Shown in pieces: positions 25,888 through 32,000 of a DNA stretch of 32,000 bases; position 1 is the first letter of the stretch, and every line of letters starts with the position of its first letter. The stretch is taken from contig CAKQHZ010000004.1 of NCBI GenBank assembly GCA_934246625.1, positions 28,141 to 60,140 on the forward strand, written 5' to 3'. Source of the DNA: an uncultured Alphaproteobacteria bacterium (GTDB lineage Bacteria; Pseudomonadota; Alphaproteobacteria; Rs-D84; CACZYB01). The notes beneath the pieces were generated by a model that worked only from the letters and a program-made list of their open reading frames with translations, ran no database searches and was not told where the DNA came from. The translations under genes were made by a program, and so were the position numbers.

Positions 25888-28012
25888 GAAAATAGTTTTC
25901 TTTTTATTGTTATTTTTGATTGGTGGATATAGTTTTTATTGTCGTTTTCCATTGAAAATCGAATCTTCTTTGACTGATTTGCTCCCTATGTCTTCGGGTA
26001 AAGATATTCCGCCAATGTTGTTTGAAAAGTATTCCTCATCTGTGAATATTATTGTTAAAGGTAAGAGTTTTAAAGATGTGAAGGGTGTAAGTGATAACCT
26101 TTATAATTCTCTTTTAAAAAATGGTTTTAATAATGTTAATTATAAGGTGGCAAATGTTTCAATGGATAAAATTGTGGAATTCCTTGTTGCTCACCATAAT
26201 TCTTTTTTAACCAAAGAAGATGCAGAATTGCTTCAAAATAAAAATTATGACAGGGTTGTGAAAAACAGTGAACAAAAGTTATTTAATTCTTGGTTTCCGT
26301 TGCTTGTCCCAATTACAAAAGACCCATTTTTATTGTTAAGTAATTATGTGCAGGGGATTTCAAAACCTAATTTAAAATGGGGTGAAAAAGATGGGGTTAT
26401 TTGGCAACGTGAAGGTGGCTTTGATTATACTTTTTTGAATGTTAATCTTCCAATTAAAAATGTTGATGAATTGATTGTAAAGGTTAATTTGCTTAATAAA
26501 ATTGTTGATGAAGTTTCTTTTGATATGCCTGTGGAAATTAGTATGTCTGGGGCTCCGCTTCATACGGTTAGGACATATTCAAAGTGTAATAATCAGATTT
26601 TGTTTCTTTCAATTTTATCATTTGTTGTTGTGTTGATGTTGACATATAGTCTTTTTCATAATGTGAAAATAGAATTTAGTATTGGGTTTAATTTGATGGT
26701 TGCATTTATGTCTGGGTGTATTGCTTTGCTTTTGTTTTTTGATAAATTGCATTTTTTGACTTTTGCATTTGGAACATCGCTTATTGGAATTTGTATTGAT
26801 TATTCGTATCATTATTTCTTTAGTCTTATTGAAAAAGATTATAAACGTGTTATGAAAAATATTTTTTATTCGTTTGCAACTACAGTTTTGTCTTTTACTC
26901 CATTATTATTTTCATCTTTGCCATTGTTAAAACAGATTGCAGTATTCACTATTGGTGGATTGATTGGAACCTATGTTTTGTTGTTGGTAAGTGGTGATAA
27001 GACTTTGAATCTTCGCAATGTAAAATTATTATCAGTGAAAAGTTTTTCAAATTGGGTGCGTATTACTTTGTTTTGTTTTTGTCTTGTGATTATTACAGTT
27101 GGTTTTTGTTTTGTGAAATTTGATAATTCTCCAAAATATCTTTATAAACCATCAGCTCAACTTTTAAAGGCAGAGATGAATTTTGTGAAACTTAATGGAC
27201 CTTCGTTTTCAAATTTTTTGATTATAAAGGGACGTGATTTACAGAGTGTTTTGGAAACAGAGGAAAGAATAAAACAAAATTATAAATTCTTTAGCTTGTC
27301 TGAAATTTTACCATCTTTGAAAATGCAAAAACAAAGGCAGGGTTTGATTGCGGATTTATTTAAAAATCGTGCGGATATGATAAAGGAGATTTTGGAACTT
27401 GATGAAAAGCCGATGTTTGAAAAAACAGATTTGATAACTATTTCTTCCTTTAAAAAGTTGTTTGGAGAAGCTCTTTTTAATCAATTTATTTTTTCTGATA
27501 ATGGTATGGTGTTAAGTGTTATTCCATTGACTGAAAAAATCAATGTTAGTGAAGAAAATGTTTTTGTTGTAAATCCACAAGCTCAGATAACAGAACAATT
27601 AAATCACTATACAAGTGAAGGCTATTTTTATTTAGGGGTAAGTTTTATTTCTTTGTTTATTTTTCTTTTACTTGTGTATAAAAGAAAAGCATTGATGTAT
27701 ATTTTGCCGTCCTTTATGGGGGTAAGTTTGACTGTGGCGGTATTGTCGATTTGTGGGTATGCAATTACATTTTTCCATTTATTAAGTTTATTTATTGTTG
27801 TTGGCTTAAGTATGGATTATACAATTTTTCATTTTGATAAGGATAACAAAGATAAACTTCGTCCTGTGTTGTATTCTTTTTTGACAAGTTTTATAAGTTT
27901 TGGGATTTTGTCCTTTGTGGATTTCTATCTTATCCAAGCGATGGGGTTGACTATATTTTTGGGGCTTGGATTTTCCTATGCTTTATCGCTTTTTGTTTTT
28001 AGGAAAGTTTAG
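25871..28012 (+). CDS. MMPL/RND-like membrane exporter (ApeM-like)
   Basis: About 713 aa with two blocks of 5-6 TM helices, each preceded by a large soluble loop. Start chosen at ATG 25871 (MKFNVRKIVFF...) after GAGGAA; the ORF-track start at 25838 is an alternative codon inside the LolA-like gene. Confidence 0.8.
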   Translation: MKFNVRKIVFFLLLFLIGGYSFYCRFPLKIESSLTDLLPMSSGKDIPPMLFEKYSSSVNIIVKGKSFKDVKGVSDNLYNSLLKNGFNNVNYKVANVSMDKIVEFLVAHHNSFLTKEDAELLQNKNYDRVVKNSEQKLFNSWFPLLVPITKDPFLLLSNYVQGISKPNLKWGEKDGVIWQREGGFDYTFLNVNLPIKNVDELIVKVNLLNKIVDEVSFDMPVEISMSGAPLHTVRTYSKCNNQILFLSILSFVVVLMLTYSLFHNVKIEFSIGFNLMVAFMSGCIALLLFFDKLHFLTFAFGTSLIGICIDYSYHYFFSLIEKDYKRVMKNIFYSFATTVLSFTPLLFSSLPLLKQIAVFTIGGLIGTYVLLLVSGDKTLNLRNVKLLSVKSFSNWVRITLFCFCLVIITVGFCFVKFDNSPKYLYKPSAQLLKAEMNFVKLNGPSFSNFLIIKGRDLQSVLETEERIKQNYKFFSLSEILPSLKMQKQRQGLIADLFKNRADMIKEILELDEKPMFEKTDLITISSFKKLFGEALFNQFIFSDNGMVLSVIPLTEKINVSEENVFVVNPQAQITEQLNHYTSEGYFYLGVSFISLFIFLLLVYKRKALMYILPSFMGVSLTVAVLSICGYAITFFHLLSLFIVVGLSMDYTIFHFDKDNKDKLRPVLYSFLTSFISFGILSFVDFYLIQAMGLTIFLGLGFSYALSLFVFRKV

Positions 28013-28586
28013 TTAAATCGAATTTTTTTATAAACAATGTTGGAATTGTAAGATAGCATTCAAGTTTTTCATTGATTGAGTTTGAATTTACAGATGATAT
28101 GCAAAGTATGTAATCTTCTAATTTATAAAATTCGTTGATTTTATTTTTGTTTTCATATTCTTTACCAAGTTTATATTCGGCTTCGAATTTTGTAAAATTT
28201 TTGTAAAAATCAATTTTGTCTGTTGGTGTGGGGAATTTTAAAAATTCTGAAATCCCTTTGAAATTGCGATTTACTGATGTGTTTTCAATATCTATACCAA
28301 TAGGATTTTTTGAAATCGCAAAAACAATGTATTGTCCGCTGTGAGAAAGGCTTATGTATGTATCTTTGTCATTTTTGGCAATGGGTTTTCCAGTTGGAAG
28401 AATTTCGATACCTTGTTTCAAATATTCTTTTATAAGCATTCTGCCGACAAGGAATTGTGTTTGTTTTAGTGGTTGAAGTATTCGGTTATAACGTTTTTGT
28501 TCTGGTAAAGATAAATTATCGAAATTTTTAGTTAAAAAATCTTGTATATTGATTATTTCTGATAAATCTGCTATAAAAACTTTCAT
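27999..28586 (-). CDS. Sfp-type 4'-phosphopantetheinyl transferase
   Basis: 'GKPIAKNDKDTYISLSHSGQYIVFAIS', 'PIGIDIE', 'FTKFEAEYK' (the W/FxxKEA motif). Start chosen at 28586 (MKVFIADL). The 3' end overlaps the convergent MMPL gene by 14 nt. Confidence 0.85.
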   Translation of the reverse strand: MKVFIADLSEIINIQDFLTKNFDNLSLPEQKRYNRILQPLKQTQFLVGRMLIKEYLKQGIEILPTGKPIAKNDKDTYISLSHSGQYIVFAISKNPIGIDIENTSVNRNFKGISEFLKFPTPTDKIDFYKNFTKFEAEYKLGKEYENKNKINEFYKLEDYILCISSVNSNSINEKLECYLTIPTLFIKKFDLTKLS

Positions 28587-28620
28587 ATTTATATGATACA
28601 ACAATAAAATTTCAAAGGCA

Positions 28621-29532
28621 ATGAAAATGAATAACTGGTATGAAATAAAGGAACAAAGTGCGGGCAAATACAGATTATTGTTTCTTTGGTATGTGTATAA
28701 AATTTTTAAACTTTCAGGGTTGAAATTTATGTTAAGGTTGATTTTGCCTTTTATTATTGTGTTTTCAAAATCGGCGAGGGTGAATTCGAAAAAATATCGT
28801 ATGATTTTGAATAATTTTCAAAAATCACATAATTTAAAGGTTGCAAAGTTTTCATCATATTCGCATATAAGTTCTTATGCTTTGTCTTTGGCTGAAAAAT
28901 TTAGTGTGTTATGTGATGATAAAACATCTTTGAAATTTGATGTAAATAAAAATGAAAATTGGGTGGAATTCCTTGATGTTTTAAATAAAAAAATTGGAGC
29001 ATTTTTGATTTGTTCCCATCTTGGAAATGTTGAAGTTTTATCGGCTTTGCCAGAAGTTAATAAAGATTATCCAAAAAGTTATCTTCATGCGTTTATGGAG
29101 ACGTCTCATAATAATGTGTTTCATAAATTTATTACTGAAAGAATGAAGGATAAGTCATTTGAGTTGCATTCTACAGAAACATTAAATTTTGATACAATTA
29201 TGAAATTGTATGAGGATTTGCAAGCAGGACAGTTGTTGATGATGGCAGGTGATAGAGTGTCTGCGGAAAATCCGAAAATGCTTGTGGAGTGTGAAATGTT
29301 GGATAGGAAAATAAAACTTCCAAAGGGTGTTTTTAAGTTTGCACAAACACTTCATCACCCAACATTTGCAGTTTTTTTAATGAGGGAGAAAAAGTCCTAC
29401 AAACTTTATCTTTATAAAATTGATAATAATTTGCCTGTGTCTGAAATGGCAAAACAATATGCCAGTGTTTTGGAAAAACTTTTGCTTTTGTATCCGAATC
29501 AGTGGTATAACTTTTACCCATATTTTGAATAA
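28621..29532 (+). CDS. LpxL/HtrB-like (lipid A biosynthesis-type) acyltransferase
   Basis: 303 aa, N-terminal TM segment, 'CSHLGNVE' resembling the LpxL 'HxxxxE' catalytic dyad, and 'MAGDR'. Terminal gene of the cluster. Confidence 0.7.
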   Translation: MKMNNWYEIKEQSAGKYRLLFLWYVYKIFKLSGLKFMLRLILPFIIVFSKSARVNSKKYRMILNNFQKSHNLKVAKFSSYSHISSYALSLAEKFSVLCDDKTSLKFDVNKNENWVEFLDVLNKKIGAFLICSHLGNVEVLSALPEVNKDYPKSYLHAFMETSHNNVFHKFITERMKDKSFELHSTETLNFDTIMKLYEDLQAGQLLMMAGDRVSAENPKMLVECEMLDRKIKLPKGVFKFAQTLHHPTFAVFLMREKKSYKLYLYKIDNNLPVSEMAKQYASVLEKLLLLYPNQWYNFYPYFE

Positions 29533-29576
29533 TAAGTCCATTATTTTTATAATTTAGAGATATTTAGATAAAAGAA

Positions 29577-29596
29577 AAACCCGTAAAAACGGGTTT
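29577..29596. terminator. Hairpin terminator (best for minus-strand tRNA-Glu; also closes the cluster)
   Basis: AAACCCG-TAAAAA-CGGGTTT. On the minus strand it is followed by TTTTCTTTT; on the plus strand the T-tract is weaker. Confidence 0.6.
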
Positions 29597-29612
29597 AATA
29601 ACTTTTTGTTTT

Positions 29613-29688
29613 TGGCGTCCCCAAGGAGATTCGAACTCCTGTTGAGAGATTGAAAGCCTCTAGTCCTAGGCCTCTAGACGATGGGGAC
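29613..29688 (-). tRNA. tRNA-Glu (anticodon TTC), CCA encoded
   Basis: Manual fold of the reverse complement. Acceptor GTCCCCA/TGGGGAC; D stem GTCT/GGAC; anticodon stem AGAGG/TCTCT with loop CTTTCAA; T arm AGGAG-TTCGAAT-CTCCT; GCCA end. Confidence 0.9.
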
Positions 29689-29708
29689 TTCTTTCAAACA
29701 TAGAGGCA

Positions 29709-29736
29709 ATTATACATATATTTTATCTAAATGCAA
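29709..29736 (-). promoter_or_regulatory. Sigma70-like promoter for tRNA-Glu
   Basis: On the minus strand: TTGCAT (29736-29731), a 16-nt spacer, then TATAAT (29714-29709), about 20 nt upstream of the tRNA 5' end. Confidence 0.45.
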
Positions 29737-29764
29737 GCATTTTTTTAATTTTTTTTAAATTTTT

Positions 29765-30250
29765 TTATCTTGTCATATCTCTTGCAGATTTGCTTAGGCT
29801 GTCGACCTGTTCGTGATACTTTAAACTTTCCTTTTTTACCCAGCAAATAAGCAAATCTTTTTCATTTAATGATTTTAAAAGAATATAAATTTCATCTAAA
29901 AGACTTTTCGGTTTATTAGGATTTTCAGTGTATTGTTTTATTTTTGAAATCGCATTAAGGCAGTCATTAAAGATTACAACCTTTGTGTCGTCCATTTTGT
30001 CCTTATTAAAATTAAGGTATATCAAAGTGTGTTTGATTGCCTGTAATTCCATTTCAACAGGAGAGTTTGCAGGGGCTGTGCCAGATTCTTTTGCATTCAT
30101 TTTGCCAAGTGAGATAAATCCGTATCCGCCTTTTTTATTACCAGAAGTAAAACTTCCATCGGCAAAAAATACGGTTGATGTTTTCATAAAGTTTTCACAT
30201 CTTTTTAAGGCTGTGGCTTTTGGGTAAAAATTCTTATCAATTACTATCAT
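29765..30250 (-). CDS. RNase H-like protein (RNase HI / RVT_3-type DEDD fold)
   Basis: Candidate catalytic residues in the expected order: 'FFADGS' (D), 'VEMELQAI' (E), 'IFNDCLNAI' (D), 'HEQVDSLSK' (D). 161 aa. Confidence 0.65.
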   Translation of the reverse strand: MIVIDKNFYPKATALKRCENFMKTSTVFFADGSFTSGNKKGGYGFISLGKMNAKESGTAPANSPVEMELQAIKHTLIYLNFNKDKMDDTKVVIFNDCLNAISKIKQYTENPNKPKSLLDEIYILLKSLNEKDLLICWVKKESLKYHEQVDSLSKSARDMTR

Positions 30251-30328
30251 ATCGAAACCCCTTATTTTGTCTATAAATAATATATAAACAAATATAATTA
30301 TTTTGTCAATAATAATTTATAATAAAAA

Positions 30329-30357
30329 TTGATTTTAATGAAAACAAGTGTTAAAAT
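30329..30357 (+). promoter_or_regulatory. Candidate sigma70-like promoter of fba
   Basis: TTGATT (30329-30334), a 17-nt spacer, then TAAAAT (30352-30357). SD AAGGAG lies 7 nt before the ATG at 30397. Confidence 0.4.
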
Positions 30358-30396
30358 TCTTTCATTTAATAATTAACAAACAAAGGAGAAAAATCT

Positions 30397-31458
30397 ATGT
30401 CAATGGTATCTTTAAGACAATTATTAGATCATGCTAGTGAATACGGTTATGGTATTCCTGCATTTAATATTAACAATATGGAACAAATGCTTGCTGTGCT
30501 TGCGGCTGCAAATAAATGTAATGCTCCTGTGATTATCCAAGCATCAAAAGGTGCAAGAGCCTATGCAAATGATAAGGTTTTGAAACATCTTATGTTGGCT
30601 GCTGTGGAAATGTATCCAAATCTTCCAATCTGTCTTCATCAAGATCACGGTCCTTCTGTTGCTGTATGTGCATCTGCTATTGCAAATGGATTTACATCAG
30701 TTATGATGGACGGTTCACTTACTCCTGATGGAAAGCCTTCTTCATTTGAATATAATGCTGAAACTACTGGCCGTGTTGCAGAAATTGCTCACCCTCTTGG
30801 TGTTTCAGTAGAAGGTGAAATCGGTGTTATTGGTTCACTTGAAACAGGTAAGGGTGAAAAGGAAGATGGTTTTGGTGCCGAAGGTAAAATTTCACGTGAT
30901 AAACTTGTAACTGACCCAACCGAGGCTGCAAAGTTTGTTTCTGCTACAAAAGTTGATGCTCTTGCTGTGGCTATTGGAACTTCACATGGTGCATATAAAT
31001 TTACAAGAAAACCAGATGGTGAAATTCTTTCTATTGAAACAGTAAAACTTATTCACGAAAAACTTCCAAACACTGCTTTGGTAATGCATGGTTCATCAAG
31101 TGTGCCTCAAGATTTACTTGAAGAAATCAATAAATATGGTGGTGCAATTCCAGAAACTTATGGTGTGCCAGTAGAAGAAATTCAAAAGGGAATCAAATAC
31201 GGTGTTCGTAAAGTTAATGTTGATACTGATTTACGTTTGGCAATTACTGCTGCTATCAGAAAAGTATATTCTGAAAATCCAGCAGAATTTGACCCAAGAA
31301 AGTATTTGAAACCTGCAATGGATAAAATGCAAGCTGTATGTGAAGCAAGATATGAACAATTTGGTGCAGCAGGTCATGCAAGCCAAATTAAACCTATATC
31401 TCTTCTTGATATGGCAAAAAGATACGAATCAGGTGAACTTGATCCAGTTATCAAATAA
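30397..31458 (+). CDS. fba: Class II fructose-1,6-bisphosphate aldolase (CbbA/Fba type, ~354 aa)
   Basis: '[12 protein letters not shown]', zinc ligand 'LHQDHG', 'SVMMDGS', 'GTSHGAYKF', 'VMHGSSSVP'. Confidence 0.95.
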   Translation: MSMVSLRQLLDHASEYGYGIPAFNINNMEQMLAVLAAANKCNAPVIIQASKGARAYANDKVLKHLMLAAVEMYPNLPICLHQDHGPSVAVCASAIANGFTSVMMDGSLTPDGKPSSFEYNAETTGRVAEIAHPLGVSVEGEIGVIGSLETGKGEKEDGFGAEGKISRDKLVTDPTEAAKFVSATKVDALAVAIGTSHGAYKFTRKPDGEILSIETVKLIHEKLPNTALVMHGSSSVPQDLLEEINKYGGAIPETYGVPVEEIQKGIKYGVRKVNVDTDLRLAITAAIRKVYSENPAEFDPRKYLKPAMDKMQAVCEARYEQFGAAGHASQIKPISLLDMAKRYESGELDPVIK

Positions 31459-31474
31459 GGTTATCCTTAAAATT

Positions 31475-31507
31475 AAATCCCCTAGTTGTTTGCTAGGGGA
31501 TTTTTTG
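31475..31507. terminator. Bidirectional rho-independent terminator (fba / Cys-rich protein gene)
   Basis: An 11-bp stem AAATCCCCTAG/CTAGGGGATTT with a 7-nt loop and T-runs on both strands. Confidence 0.75.
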
Positions 31508-32000
31508 TTAATACTCATAAGGGGTGCCAGTTATAATGTATCCAGAAGGTTTCCCATCACTATTATTGCCCGTAGTTGAATAAGCACAAGTTTTTGGATT
31601 GTTTTTACAATTTGCTACTGCTGCACTTCCACCACCAAATAAGTCAGTATAAGATTGAATATTTGGTTTATTACTTAAATTTATGAAAAAATAAGTTTCG
31701 CCAGTATATCTATCACAACTTAATGCATATTTATCAAATTGTCTATTAAATCCGTAGTCTTTAAAGTGTGTAAGTTTATGACCACATTTTGAATCGTAAT
31801 TTATGCAATTTGTAAGTACTTGTCCACCAACCTTAAGTGTGTGTTGAATAAATTTATTCCTATCGCTATGGCAACCACCAGGTCCCTGATAATATGTCAT
31901 ACTTTCACACTCTACACACTGTGAATTTCCCGCCAAAGAATAAGTTCCATAAGCACACTGGTGAATACCATTTGAATCACAATAACTACCAGCAGGACAT
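31508..32000 (-). CDS. Cys-rich secreted/surface protein, 5'-truncated by the window edge
   Basis: The ORF-track start at 31936 is an internal TTG. I translated 31937-31999 on the minus strand and the frame stays open (..CPAGSYCDSNGIHQCAYGTYSLAGNSQCVECES..). No catalytic motif was recognised. Confidence 0.6.
   Translation of the reverse strand, partial: CPAGSYCDSNGIHQCAYGTYSLAGNSQCVECESMTYYQGPGGCHSDRNKFIQHTLKVGGQVLTNCINYDSKCGHKLTHFKDYGFNRQFDKYALSCDRYTGETYFFINLSNKPNIQSYTDLFGGGSAAVANCKNNPKTCAYSTTGNNSDGKPSGYIITGTPYEY

Noticed and set aside
28587-28667. 27-codon N-terminal extension of the PPTase ORF (MPALCSFISYQLFIFIAFEILLLYHIN), which would overlap the divergent acyltransferase start
   Set aside because: The extension is hydrophobic junk overlapping the neighbour's start codon and SD. 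Homology-like sequence begins at MKVFIADL (28586).
29533-29764. tRNA-Glu at the cluster edge as evidence that the 13.6-kb cluster is an integrated genomic island
   Set aside because: No integrase or recombinase is present. I could not find a direct repeat of the tRNA 3' end at the other border (about 15.9 kb). I saw no obvious compositional break by eye. A tRNA neighbour alone is insufficient evidence.
29928-30227. 99-aa ORF antisense to the RNase H-like gene
   Set aside because: It is contained entirely in the opposite-strand CDS that shows the DEDD residue order, and it has no motif or SD.
1-32000. Search for CRISPR arrays, transposases/IS ends, phage genes, toxin-antitoxin pairs or known defence-system genes
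   Set aside because: No regularly spaced repeats were seen. No DDE, serine or tyrosine recombinase motifs were found, and no nuclease/helicase/NTPase gene combinations typical of defence islands. All sizeable ORFs are accounted for by the annotations above.

Overview
This is an AT-rich, very gene-dense bacterial chromosomal window. Many gene junctions are 0-2 nt gaps or short overlaps, and both tRNAs encode their CCA end. Several housekeeping proteins look alphaproteobacterial (Hda, the LysM-protein architecture, a CbbA-like class II aldolase), but that is a low-confidence inference. Positions 1-15.9 kb and 29.6-32 kb carry ordinary core genes: ffh (5' truncated), tRNA-Leu(TAA), a secreted protein plus hda, tsaC, a glycosyltransferase, pgsA, uvrC, efp, an MBL-fold hydrolase, a eukaryotic-type phosphomannomutase, tRNA-Glu(TTC), an RNase H-like gene and fba. 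Interspersed are an orphan pilin-like gene, a four-gene MacAB-type ABC efflux operon with its own TolC, a LysM envelope protein, and a 5'-truncated Cys-rich secreted protein at the right edge. The outstanding feature is a contiguous accessory block of about 13.6 kb (15924-29532). It is arranged as two divergent, translationally coupled operons encoding a type II PKS-like lipid pathway: 2 KS, a CLF-like protein, a KR, 2 hotdog dehydratases, 2 ACPs, an adenylating enzyme, a thioesterase, 2 acyltransferases, a GT2, a LolA-like protein, an MMPL exporter, a PPTase and a lipoprotein. There is no enoyl reductase. In content and order it matches the aryl-polyene (APE) cluster family, but it is a compact variant with several deviations: a fused adenylation-dehydratase, an embedded PPTase, no methyltransferase or starter-supply genes, and an extra lipoprotein. 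I found no CRISPR array, transposase, integrase, phage genes or recognisable defence system.
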